50,157 nucleotides of DNA, taken from positions 1 through 50,157 of the forward strand of contig ADNK01000865.1 of assembly GCA_000320545.1 (NCBI GenBank), given 5' to 3'. Below, piece after piece: positions 37,540 through 50,157 of the stretch (position 1 is its first letter; every line of letters starts with the position of its first letter). The position numbers were made by a program, and so were the translations under genes. The notes under the pieces are model-generated. The model worked only from the letters and a program-made list of their open reading frames with translations. It was not told where the DNA came from and made no database searches. This stretch comes from Bigelowiella natans CCMP2755 (Eukaryota > Protista > Cercozoa).

Positions 37540-38928
37540 TCACGTGTGAAATAGACTCGGGGGGCCTTTTGATTGCAGACTCCAGTCCAGAGTCTCTCCG
37601 TGTCCTCGCTGCAACCTTACGTGAGCATATATAAGTGATCTACAGGGAGATGAGGAGATTTACCATTAGGTGCTATAGTATGTAAATTACCTTTTTAAAG
37701 ACAGGACCACTCTTGTCTTCATCGCATTGGAGGCAATCATTTAGAGACCCATCCGGTTTGTTGTAGGGAGCATTTACGTTACGCAAGCATGTTCCCTGTT
37801 CACCAAAAATGGATGACGTTTGATTCTAGAGAAGGAGCGAAGACGCTCTTGAACATGTTCGAATGAATTACCAAGCATTCTTTGCGCGTATTTCTTGTAT
37901 TGTAGAACCTAGGTAGAACATTAAAGCCATGTGATTTCTTTCCTTCTTCAACAAAGTAATATTAGAAGACCAGATCTTAGCGCAAGGTTCTGTCAACCCC
38001 AAATTTGACAGGCATTTCATTGCCCACTTCTGGCTCACGAAACCTTTGAACCCACATTTCCTGACCGGAGACGTCATATCCTTGAGGGGGAAACGAAAAA
38101 TTCCATGATCTAGAGTCAATTGACAAATGAAAAGATGAAGGAAAGATGGTAGATAGGTGAAAGAAAGATGGAAAGAAGGCAAATCATCTTTTGGATTCTC
38201 TACCTTATATTGCATGTATGCTGACAAATCTTGTAGTGTTGAGCAAAGGCCTGAGGATCCAATGAATGAAACTATCTTATCCAAAGTACAGTATTCCATC
38301 TTAGTATTTGTAAGTACCACAAGGTCCTGTATGAGTAAGGTATATCCTTCCTGGGGCTTTTGAGGCGGCTTCATCTAAAGCTATTATCAAATTCCATTGT
38401 TAGATTTCAATTGTTGTTGATTTTGATGCCTATACCTTTAGACGAAGGATAGGTGTTGAGTTCGTACTTGAGCCGATCAGAATCGAGATATTTCACTCCA
38501 CAAACACCAACTCTTGAGGTGTTAATCTTTAATCGGTATGGGTCTTTCTCCGGAACAGGGAAGGGGTTTTCCAGGAGCTTCGATTTAAACGCCGATATAA
38601 CGGTGGTATTATAGTGTGGAGGAGTCCAGCAAGAGTCATCCTTTATTAGGGAGGATACTGAAGAGGATGAAGGCTTGACGCCTGGGATGACGGTAAAAAT
38701 TAGGAATGACGAATGGTGTAGTTTAGAATGGTGACTACTTCCAGAATCGCCGGATATGAGCATGAGAGCTGAAGCTATTACAAAGAGGAAAGCCTAAACC
38801 AAACATTGTCGTGAAAATTAGGCTTCTTCTCCCACAGTCCTCCAATGTTGTCCACTGCAACCAACCCCTTGCTTATTCTTAGTATCGACATAAACCTTGG
38901 AACCCCCATTCCTGGAAGGTGCAAGCAT
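37540..38928 (-). CDS. Secreted Cys-rich conserved protein of unknown function
   Basis: MLAPSRNGGSK|AFLFVIASALMLISGDS (signal peptide)...CWTPPHYNTTVI...NPFPVPEKDPY...VCGVKY...YELNTY|...LTHTGPCG|LCSTLQDLSAYMQYK|DMTSPVRKCG...KCLSNLGLTEPCAKIW|FYNTRNTRKECL|GTCLRNVNAPYNKPDGSLNDCLQCDEDKSGPVFKK|VAARTRRDSGLESAIKRP. Splice phases are consistent; the exact 3' end is uncertain. Confidence 0.8.
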
Positions 38929-39364
38929 GTTTGGGATCTAACGTTCCACAGCTTTTAAAGTGTTATTTCCCCCTAAAAACATCTAAGAAACTCTGCCAGC
39001 CCACACGACCATGACATGACGTTCCTCGAATCAATTTAAGTAGTTTACATCTACTGTCGCAGAGCATGAACCACCAGTATTCCAATAGGAAGGACATCGG
39101 TTCCAACATAAAATCTCCATGAACAAGTCTAAAAAAAAAGGATATTTTAGGTATGAAGATTGAAGGTTTGTGGATCGGAACCCTTAGCCCATGTGTAGTA
39201 CTATAGAAGAATATCGATCAATATTATACCTAAAAGATACTAAAAAATTAAACCAAATTCACCGAGCAAGTAGCCCTTCGGAAGGCTTCGCTTCTCTCCT
39301 TGCCTCTTGGTGATCATCCTGTACACAGATCGTCCAGAGGGGTTAGACATAAGCGCCCGGAAGG

Positions 39365-40882
39365 ATGGGAAATTCGGGGTCTAAGGCAGGGCTATCGTAT
39401 GAGGAGGTTTGCCATCCAAACTCTACCTGCAAAATACACCATCATTTGAAGTTGAAATACAATACTCGAACATATATCGTCATCGGATCGAAACAGATGG
39501 CCTGGTTACGTCCCTACTCTTATCACCCTTTTATGGAATATATTCACTTCGTTCTAGACTTTTCTAAACACTACTTTTTCTTCTTATTCATCATTGCTGT
39601 CTTCTCCTACGTTCCGATGTGCCGTCCTCACTTTATCGGTGCTGTTTCCTTTGGTCGAACTTCCCAGGCGAAGTCGCGCTTTAATCCCAGGGAGTGGGCG
39701 CATCTCCTCCGGGTCTACAACCAGATTGCGGATGTAAGAGGAGGTAGGCAAAACATGAAGCATCATATTACTAATTATGCTGTTGGCTAAGAAGTTCCAA
39801 TGTGCTATGTAGGCTCAGCAGCAAGCCCTCGTCTATCCCTGCGAGCATTTCGAGAAGAGGTTTTAGTCTAATTATTCCAGCGAAACTATAGGACCAAAAT
39901 TGAGAAAGCTTCTTCCTCATCTTTTGAAACCCTCTTCCTATAGGCCGCTAACTGTGCTAAATGTTGTTTCAGGTCGTTGGACCTTATTTCATTCCGAGCA
40001 TCATTCTTTTCAGGTCATCAATCAATTATAGTCAGCATTGTGTAAGAGAGACGCGGTCCACCGTATCTAATTTTTTACTTTAATGAAACAACACTTCAGG
40101 ATGTTCAAGGCTATGGGAGGTACCATGATACAATATGTCCAGAAAAGGAGAGAGGGGGGAGGCAAGGATACATTTACTTGTGATTTTTTGATGAAGTGTT
40201 AGAGGTTCAGCACCAAACGTAAGCATGCCTATATTCAGGTGAAAAAGAGGGGCACAAGTTGATTATCGATCAAAAGGTATGTAAGAAATAGTAGCGGAAT
40301 GAGAAAAGACTATCCTGCGCGCAGTGGTGACAGATATATAGATACTCTTATTATAAGTTGTAGTAGTAGCAGTATAGTAGATAGCACGGATAACATTTAA
40401 GTATTTAGTTTTCGTCCATGTTGTTGTCATCTTCATTGTGGTTTTTAGAACTATATGGCGGGCATTGCGCTTCTGATGAAAGGCTCATACGAGGAAAAAC
40501 TAGCGTAAGACTGGCAATAACTCCACCATAAATCAGAAACAATTATACGACGTATTTTGGTAATATGAATACCGTGCTCCATATCCACCATCAGGTTTGT
40601 GTTCTCGATGTACGATGAAACTGCGGCGGGGGTATGCTACTTAACCACTCACGTTAATGTCACCACACCAACGGCACGGAAAAAATGAGGATCAGACTTG
40701 TTCACACACATGAAATCCTACGATATCGATGTGATATAATATACATATACACAATATTTGAAGGTGCTGTCTCACGACGATGTGCTGAAAATGCTGAGAA
40801 TTCTACAGACGTCCTCCCTTCGGACTGTTCTTCAGAGATCGGTTTGAATCATTCATAATTTCAAACACATTGGAAATACGAC

Positions 40883-40917
<35 letters not shown>

Positions 40918-41031
40918 TATCTTTGTACGTACTAATATACTTAATTTCTATTGTATTAGGGTTCTCGAATAAATCTAGCCAATGCGTTACTTAGAAGGGC
41001 GTCAGGCGCATCAGGTCGCTACTATATGTTG

Positions 41032-41068
<37 letters not shown>

Positions 41069-41581
41069 CATTTGTTTGTGTTTTTAGTCGTAAATATTGA
41101 TGTGGTCGTTACTACTATTATTACCACTACTACTGCTACTAATTTGTAGGGATGACACTGCAAGATTTCACTCGAATGAACTCTCATAAACAACTTCCTG
41201 GTAATCTATTGAAAATGATATCCTTTCGATATTCTAAAACGGACATAACCCCTTTATCCTGCCGCTTTCTTCTTCTCGTGGATGTTCCTTCATCTCTCTT
41301 ATTCATGTTGTTCTGAATAATAAACGGCTATTATGTTTGTGCTCTGTTGTGCGATGTTTGCCTCGAAGCTTTGTCGCGTTGGATAGTGGACCTTGCGCTC
41401 CCTTCACACGAATGTAAATGCCCTCTAAAGGCAGCTAGAGGGAAAGGTATTATGAACTGTCGGCGATCATTTCTTATCTCGTGTTCTTCGTCATCATTGC
41501 CGTTCTGTTTTCCTTTGATATGAGGAGAAATACTGAGTATGGATTGGTATTGCGCATAGCTTCCTTCTCATTCGGTGTGTT

Positions 41582-41624
<43 letters not shown>

Positions 41625-41833
41625 TCGGTGACCTTTCCAACCCTCTCCAGGTGCTGCTTTCGGCCAGATAATAGACAAGAAAAGTCTCATCCGTGCGCTG
41701 CTGAGCAACGGGAACAACGCACAAAGTAGAAGCGATAGAAAGATCAACTACTATGATGATGACGACCCCATCTATACAGGAGACCCAGTAAGTCAGTAGT
41801 CAAAGAGAACGATCATATCAATCGACAACTTGC

Positions 41834-41878
<45 letters not shown>

Positions 41879-41955
41879 AGCTAAAACATAATCAGCTGAG
41901 TAGCGAAGAGATACGATACATACCTGTCCATTTTCCCGCTCCCCTTCTCTCCTCG

Positions 41956-41996
<41 letters not shown>

Positions 41997-42360
41997 TAAT
42001 CACGATTCCCTGAATTTTTATTCTCTTTCCGTCCCTTACTGCTTCCCCATCCTATTATTATTTTCCTAATTCGTGCACCTCTCCTTCTCCTATACTTCTA
42101 GTTCCTGTGGAGGAAACGAAGGGCTATGGTTTCGCCGGTCGAAAAACGACACACATATCCTCCTCCCCCCCTCTCTCCCGCTCTCGTATACATATACATA
42201 TTTTAAATAGAACATATATAGCCACCGGCAACGGTTGCTTATAAACCGACCTCTTCATGACTGATGTTGCTGGTTGAATATATTGTCTTTTTAACAATCT
42301 AGGACACCTCTGGATCATCGATATTCGGGGAGAGAGAACTGAGTGCGTTGGAGAGGGAGG

Positions 42361-42399
<39 letters not shown>

Positions 42400-43096
42400 T
42401 CAACTGTGTGTGTTATTGTTACTCATGGTTACACTATCATCATCATCATCATCATCTTGATCATAAATTATTCAACAGTACTTCTCAATGCAATCATTAA
42501 GCTGCGGGTCCACTACTGCTACTACTACTACTACTACTACAACAACAAACGGCAGCAGCAGCAGCAGCAGCAGCACAACTCTCGAGTACTCAGTGATTGC
42601 AGAAGCCATATTCCCTCAGGTCTTCCGATCCATCCACCTCCTTTCGTGATTATTAATCTGTGTGTGATAATGATGATGATGATGATGATGATGATGATGG
42701 TACACGTCGCATAATCCAAGCAAGAATGACCATCATGTATGAAAGAGGCAAAGTTTACTCACTCTCATTTTGTTGGGTTCTGGGCATTAGTGGCAGCAGT
42801 AGTAGAAATAGCAGTACTTCTAGTAGTAAGTAGCATGGATAATCACATCACCGCTGTATTTTCTTATCATCATCAGATTATTCCAAAGTCGTTGAGAGAT
42901 CCACTCCTGGCCGGGTTCGCTTCCCTTTCGTCACATCGACGGCGAAGAAGACAGCATGCTGCTGCGAACTATGAGAAGGAGGAGGCAGAAGAGGAAGATG
43001 GAGAGGACATAGACGATAAAGTACCACTTGCATGTTTCTAAACAATTTTTGTGCCCCACAGAACCCCCTCCCCCCTCGCTTCTCTCTGAAAGTGTG

Positions 43097-43133
<37 letters not shown>

Positions 43134-43646
43134 ATATATTTTACACGTATTCATATGCACAAGTTTGAAGTTCATTTGCGTTGGATTCTCCTCTTCTTCA
43201 TCATCATCTTCTTCTTCTTCTTCGACTTGATACAGAGAGTGAGTCTTGAGGCGTTTGTGCAAGGAGTTCGGTTATGTACAAGGGAGGGGAATCTTGGTAT
43301 TTTAGTACAGTAGTAGCAGTAGTAGTAGTAGTAGTAGTAGTAGCAGCAGAAGTAATAGTAGAAGGAGCTCTCACTTGCTGCAACCGATCTCATCCTTCAA
43401 GCTAATAAAGTTTTCCTTTCCACCCCCCTTTTTTGCGACAGGACGGGTACGCTTTTTCGTAGCAATGGCTGCGGACATTGCCAAGCGCAGCTCCCAAGAC
43501 AACAAGAAAAGAAGTGGTATGAAAAAGAGCCGGGGAGAGCCATCATCATCATCATCATCATCATCAACATCAACAACAACACAGAGTGGCAGCCCTCTCC
43601 AGGACAATGTCCAGAGGAGCAGCAAAAACGCTAAGGATATCGACAA

Positions 43647-43680
<34 letters not shown>

Positions 43681-43932
43681 TGTTCAAACAACAACAAGAA
43701 GAAGAAGAAGAAGAAGAAGCTTCAGCAGCAACAGAAGCAGTCAGAAGGACAGCGAGTCCTACTACTACAACAAAAACAACAATTACGGGAAATGGCAAGC
43801 GCACAGGATCTTCTTAAGGCGTACTCCTATATGCTAGCGGCAAAGCAAAGGTGGTGCTTGATGATGGGAAAGAACAACACACGGTTTAGCGAATCTGCAT
43901 TGTGACGACTAATTATTCCATTCGATACCGAT

Positions 43933-43975
<43 letters not shown>

Positions 43976-46068
43976 CGTGTGCGTGCTTTTGTAAGCTGAC
44001 CTTTCACAGAACTAAGTCCAAATTTTTACTACTACTGCCGCTCCTGCTGCTGTTCGTTGTTGCTGTTGCTGCATATGTGTGTACTTCTTCAACGACAGAT
44101 GCACAACGGGGACTGCCTCTTCTCCCACCGAAGTAATACTGGTAATGATAGTAGCATAAATCAACATTTGAGGTCGTCTGTCTCCCCCCCCATAACTCAG
44201 GAAAAGCAAATGGAAGACTATCTGAAACCGGAGTTGAAAGAAACGATTCTCGCACTATGGGATGGCCTCAACGATGATGGTCATCATCATGAAAGAGAGA
44301 AGAAGTGCAGTAGACAGAAAGAACTGGGAGGTACAAATATTGCCTGTAGGACAACTTTATAGCTTGTGTGTAGGCGAGGGACGTTTTAACCGCTTCTTCC
44401 CCTCTTTCTCCCCCCCCCCCCTCCTTTCCCTTGTATTCTTATTCATTCTGGCGAATGGGTATGAGCACAGACGACGACGATATTGACAGGCTGGCGTTGC
44501 TGCTGCAAGAAGGATTTGATTGGTTTTTCGGTAATTATAATACCTAAAAAGTGGAAATATGAGAGGGAGAGCAGCAGCAGTAGCCGTAGCAGCAGCAGGA
44601 TGAGGAGGAGGAGGAGGAGGAGGAGGAGGAGATGGGGCAAAGAAGATGATCGTAGTCGTGAAAAGGGAGGGCTGGATAGAGAGTCTGTATAAATCTGTTG
44701 TTGCAATGATGGGGGGCGAGAAGTCTAACTTCGAGTAGTAGTACCCCAAGCTGCACTGTCTTATAGATTATTCAACTACCACAGCCATGCTGCTACCTAT
44801 TGCCAACTACCGCATATTACCAGCGATTCTTAATGTTGACACATGATGCTCTATTACAATCCCCATAAATGATGATGACGATGATGATGATGATGATAAT
44901 GGTGATGGTGATAGGGGAGATAGTCGATGAAACACCATGCATGCATCGAAACTCGCTAGAAGCCAACGGCTACTAACCACTACTTTGATAACAACAGGCG
45001 AGTTTGAGCGCTTTGCCGCTGTAGACCTGGTGATGCAGTACTAATTGAATCATACGAATTACAATAATTATCAACAACAATAATAATAATAATAATAATA
45101 ATAATACATGGTGCTGCGAACAACAACACTTTCTACTGCGACAGTATTATTGGGATGAGTAGGAGGAGGAAGAGGGGAGCTAGAAGGAGGAATCGGGCGA
45201 TGATGCTTCCTGTTTTTAAAAGTGTGTCTAATGATGCATGCATCATTAGGGTGTAAAACCTAAGGACGCTCTGGCAGAAAGAAGGGTGATTCTGAGGATT
45301 CTATCACCTCCAGCAGCATCACAAGTCACAATCGCCAGCGACAGCAACAGGGGTGAGTAGTGCAATGGTTCCTTATGTTCGTTCCGAATCATCAATATCG
45401 TGATCCTTTTTAGAGACGAAGAAGAACAATGATGGGGGGGGTGATGGTGGTAACGGCGATGATATTACAAAAGGGCTTCTATCCATCGGTCAAACGGTAC
45501 GTTTAGTTGCGACTGTAGAAAATAAGGATTGAGAAGAAGAAGAAGAAAAAGAAGAAGGATTAATAGAGAGCAGTGAGTGCTGCTCTTTCTTGATCTAATT
45601 GGAAAAGCGTGTGACAAAGAGATTATCTAGGACTGAGATATGACTTGTTGTTGGCTTCTTCTGCGTCGTCTTCGTCACATTTTCTCTCTTTCCTCCCCTT
45701 CCTCCTCCTGCTCCTCCTCCTGCTCCCCCCTCCTCCCTCCTTAAGGTTTATGTTGTGTCGGCGGCTTGGGCAAGGAAATGGGCCCGATTCATAGGCATAA
45801 ACTATTTGAAAATCCATGCTCCGATGATGGGGAGGAGGAGGAGTATGATGACGACGACGAATGCTATTTCGAGGAGGAGGACAGCACCAGCACCAACAAC
45901 ACCACCACCAACAACAGCCTCATCATCCTCCAAGGATATAGATGAGCTTACTCAGAAGGAAGAAGAGGATGAAAGGAAGAGTAGTAAAGGTGTGATGGCT
46001 ACAGTCTTTTCAGAAAATGAAGATGAATTCGAACAATCCAAATATTCTCTCAAAATAAACATATACTG

Positions 46069-46113
<45 letters not shown>

Positions 46114-46186
46114 TGTTCGTATGTATATGTTTGTACTTGTATACATGCAATAAACAATATCATAAATACAGCGAGTGCATCATCAT

Positions 46187-46218
<32 letters not shown>

Positions 46219-46731
46219 GGAGGAGGAGTAGGCAGCACCCCAGGACGCATTCAGAACATCGACATATTAGAAGAATCAACCGATTCTATCACGGTACGTA
46301 TACGTACTACTACTACTACTACTACTGGTAATCTCACCCGCTTATTGATGTAACCGTCCCCGCCATCATTAGGCGTTACGAAGCGGGCTTGTGGAGAAGA
46401 AGCACTACATCGTTGTCACGCAAAAGGTATCGACAGAACACCATTACTAATCACAACAGAACGACGCCTGGTGATGATCATTAAGAAGCTTAGAGCGTGC
46501 ATTTATTGAGGGATGTCTGTTATTATTACATTACTACTTCCGTGAGCCATCTTCCTCTCATTAATATCGCCATCCCTGCTTTATTATTCTCTCCTTGTGA
46601 TTGTCTTGTCAGATTTGGACGATATTATCCAATTGGTACGGGGGCGGGCCGATGATTCCACGCCTCGTAATAAGCAATTATGAAGAGATTCTCTTGTATC
46701 TACGCTACTACGCTGCTGCTGGAAGAAGAGA

Positions 46732-46779
<48 letters not shown>

Positions 46780-47457
46780 CATATAGAGCATTTTGAGAGG
46801 GGAAAGGGGTGGTGGAGAGGGGGAGGAATGTTGCTTATTTAAGGGATACTGTCAGCCTGTCTTGCGACCTACGTCGGATTTGCTCTTTACATCATCATCA
46901 CCATCATCATTGCATGATCATCAAGGTTGTCCCCAAGCGAAAAAGAGGTCATCATTCATCATCCTCCTCACTCCTTGAGGGGGGACACAATAGCGACCAA
47001 ACGCTGTCGTCGTCGTCAAGATCGGGAGGTGCTGGTGGTGGAGGAGGAGGAGGGGGGGGGGGAATTCAGCAAGGAGGTAGTGCGACATTCAATGATGATG
47101 ATGGTGAGGAGGAGGAAAAGGAGGAGGATGGTAGTCGGTGCGTTTCACCGAAAATCATCGGAAAATGCTTAACAAAGGATATGCGTTTGCTTTTCCTCTT
47201 TCCCACTTCATTCTAGATGTATTTGTTTTCTTCATGCTGAAGCGCTCTGGTTGAGCTATTGCGTGCTGCTACCGCTACTGATGGTGATAATAATGCTCTT
47301 AGCCCTAGTCGCAGCTGAGGTGGAGCTGTACCCATGGCGACTGTTGTGCCGCACAGTTGACAACTCACAAAATGTCTTCATTACCATCTCAAGGTAGATC
47401 GAGATCGTTCGTAGTTAATTAATAGCAGGGTTAATGCTAGTCATAATAGCGTATTAC

Positions 47458-47493
<36 letters not shown>

Positions 47494-48048
47494 AGGAAGT
47501 ACACGATAATTCCATATGATGCTTCTTCCCAGCTCTCTGCTACCGACTGATGTGAATATTTATGGCTGATTTACACTACAGAACCGTCTGATCTTATCAT
47601 TATTGCATTATTGCTAATGTTATCTATGTTACTAATATTCTTGTAAACCCATGCGATGTGACAGGTCGGCAAGTTTGCAATCCCTCAAAACACAAGTGAG
47701 CAGTCAATCGTAGTGAGATATTATTAAGATGATTTCCCTCCTATTTTTCTCCTGCCAATGATGCCGCTGCCAGGAGTGCATTTCTTCTTCTCACATAAAG
47801 CAATCTACGTTTCTTCCCACATGACTCAATATTTAGGTGTGCGAGTACTTGGACTTACAGACGCACAGGGTAAGGGGGGTAGCAAAAGCAGCAAATATGC
47901 TATTGTCATTGATCGCGAATTCTCCTTTAAAAGCAGCAGAAGCCTTATTTTTACATCCATACGACTTATTCTGATGGTGTTTAGCATGCCTCCTAACCCA
48001 CCCTCTGATCATCTGTGAATTATTACATCTGTTGTGTTGTCGTATAGC

Positions 48049-48084
<36 letters not shown>

Positions 48085-49222
48085 TTTATTATTTATTTGT
48101 TGTTTGTTTGTTGATTGTTGACATTGTTACGAACAAATTCGTAAAAAGGCTCGATTGTGGAGCTTTCATAAGCCGAAGGGAGCGCCCCTGGTGATATTTC
48201 TGCTACTGCGTTGTTGATTCAACGATAATCTATTGTTTTAATCCAAAACCTTCATGTTCTCCTTCCTTATCCACCTCTTCCTGCCCGTCTCTCATCATCA
48301 TCTCTTCTTCCTTACAACTTGATCATATAATTGACTTTCCAGCCTATGCCAGTGATGCTGGAAAGCGAGTTGACGTTAGAAGAAGCAGGTGGTCGCACAC
48401 AGAGTTAGTCTTGAATAATACGTGCCAATTCCCTCCCCCCCCCCTCCCATCCCCTCCTATTCCATCTGTGGGCCTCCAAAGCCTTTCAGAGGATATAACC
48501 GTTGGTTATGCGAACCTAATAGTTGGATGTATTGCGGCGATAGTACACCGTTCTTCTCTTATTTTCAATTCTTCCTTATCTAACGTTCTGATGTTGTATT
48601 CTTCCCCCCCCCTCCTCCTCCTCTTCCCCACCTCCACCATCATCTTGCGTAGGTTTGCGAAGGGGACAAGAGATCGTGGTTGAGCAGCAGGGCAAGGGAA
48701 ACAGATGGGAGGGAGTCCCAGAATTTAAGGAAAGGGCACGTCAAGGTTTTGTCGCGTTGCTGCTCGATATTCTTTATTTTCATCTTCCATCCTCCCCCTC
48801 TTCCCCCCTAATTTACTGTACCTATGCTCGCAGAAACACCTCATTCCTCTTTCTTAACTGTCATATGCAGCACGAGAAGTAGCGCTGAGAAACGCTAAAG
48901 GCCAAAGGCAAACGGAGACTACGACAACAACAGCGGCGGCAGCAGTCAATACGGGTATACTTCGATACCATCATCATTATTATCAACATCTCCATCATCA
49001 TCATTATCATCATTGTCATCATTATCATCATTGTCATCATCATCACTTGTAAATTGACTGATACATGAAACTACACTGTGCCTCAGGAGGAACGGTTCCA
49101 AGGGCAGTGTTGACCCAACAAGGACGTATGGGCAGCGGTGGAGCTGCTGTGAAGGGGGGTACGCTGAGCACATGAAGTTGTGTGCGTGTTTGTGTTTGTT
49201 TGGGTATGTGTGTTTGTGTGTG

Positions 49223-49258
<36 letters not shown>

Positions 49259-49514
49259 TTGCACGTCGTTCATTAAAGAGGAGATGGGGGGGGATACACA
49301 CGCATGAAGGATACTGTTTGTTCTGTTATGGATTTGATCAGGTCGGCGCAGAAGGCGGTTTACGCTCGGTAGTCGTGACAAAAGAGATAGATTGTCATAA
49401 TCATCGCCTAACCACGAGGACACCCTCTTTCTTTTTTTGCCATGTTCTACCATCATCAGCGCGGACTGGGCTCTACAATCTCGGCAACACATGCTTCCTC
49501 AATTCGGTTCGTCT

Positions 49515-49553
<39 letters not shown>

Positions 49554-50157
49554 ATCGTCGTTGTTGTTGTTGTTGTTGTTGTTGTGTGAATCGTTGTTAC
49601 GTAGTGCTATAGTGTGGCAGGCAGATATTCGTGGTCTCCATAATGCATGCATACATCAGAATCATATTATTCTCGTGTGTAAGAAGAAGATGATAATGAT
49701 GATGATGATGATGATGATGATGATAATGATGATGATGCTGTTGTTTACAGGCCCTCCAGTGCATGGCAGCAACCGCCCCTTTGACTCGCTACTTCCTCGC
49801 GGAGCTGTATCTGCGCGGTCAGTCAAATACAATAGAAGCATATGCTCCTTCCGTGGTTGTAATACATCATGCATCGTGACGGGTGGGTATGAGGAGGGAT
49901 CTTAGTACTGCGATTGATGAGCTGCTGCTGCTCTATCATCGTCGCTATCATCATCATCTATCATCACACTACTGCAGAGCTAAACCAATCGAATCCTTTG
50001 GGGACATCCGGTCAGCTAGCTCTCCAGTAAGTAAAGACAGACGACACCAGCAATGAGAGAAAGAGAAGAATAAGAACAACCAAGAACAAAATCAAGAGTT
50101 GAGTAGAAGAGAGAGGGAAAAAGGGACACCACCCCTTGCTATCTGGGGACTATATCT
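39365..50157 (+). CDS. USP32-like ubiquitin-specific protease (myristoyl motif + EF-hands + DUSP + Ubl + USP catalytic domain), 3' end outside window
   Basis: MGNSGSKAGLSYEE|AKSRFNPREW... EF-hand region NYMAGIALLMKGSYEEKLA|FVFSMYDETAAG|VLSHDDVLKML. DUSP domain VYVVSAAWARKWARFIG...LRSGLVEKKHYIVVTQK|IWTILSNWYGGGPMIPRL. AEVELYPWRL segment. Cys-box RTGLYNLGNTCFLNS|ALQCMAATAPLTRYFL...|ELNQSNPLGTSGQLA at ~49460-50025. Many internal exon boundaries are unresolved. Confidence 0.88.
41030..49960. repeat. Dense di- and trinucleotide microsatellites (CA/GT, GA, TA, GAT, TAG, CAG, AAG) in introns and low-complexity exons of the USP gene
   Basis: Numerous perfect runs, e.g. ~41590-41622, 41838-41874, 42363-42397, 42671-42699, 47458-47492, 49690-49737. 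Confidence 0.9.

Noticed and set aside
1-50157. Poly-YI, CV, HT, LS, RE and poly-M ORFs; CRISPR-like or telomeric arrays; rRNA/tRNA; intact transposons
   Set aside because: These ORFs are translations of microsatellites. I saw no regularly spaced repeat-spacer array, telomeric run, structural RNA signature, or transposase/RT motif, though a covariance-model search was not possible.

Overview
Eukaryotic nuclear DNA from an intron-dense, microsatellite-rich protist. Bipartite signal+transit-like leaders and the intron style fit an alga with a complex plastid, most like a chlorarachniophyte; this taxonomic call is inference. The ORF track is mostly exon fragments and microsatellite artefacts, so I built genes by hand-splicing at GT-AG junctions. 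About 13 genes are supported: eIF5-like (-, runs off the left edge), MOB1-like (+), NUDT8-like Nudix hydrolase (-), an unknown single-pass membrane protein (+), ISS1/VAS1-like aminotransferase (-), a secreted His-rich tandem-domain protein (+), an internally truncated VPS25 (-), an acylated dual-specificity phosphatase (+), a RimL-like GNAT with a plastid-type leader (-), SEC22 (+), BLM/Sgs1-type RecQ (-), a secreted Cys-rich protein (-) and a USP32-like deubiquitinase (+, runs off the right edge). The best leads are: (1) an eIF5-like factor with a signal peptide and a basic RLRGG leader, head-to-head with a MOB1-like gene that may also carry a signal peptide, both candidates for import to the periplastid/nucleomorph compartment; (2) a ~790-bp island almost devoid of TpA, suggesting a targeted mutational process; (3) a shared sequence signature in the convergent intergenic spacers; (4) VPS25 missing its central exons. 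I saw no rRNA, tRNA or CRISPR array. Exon boundaries are manual and need RNA-seq confirmation.
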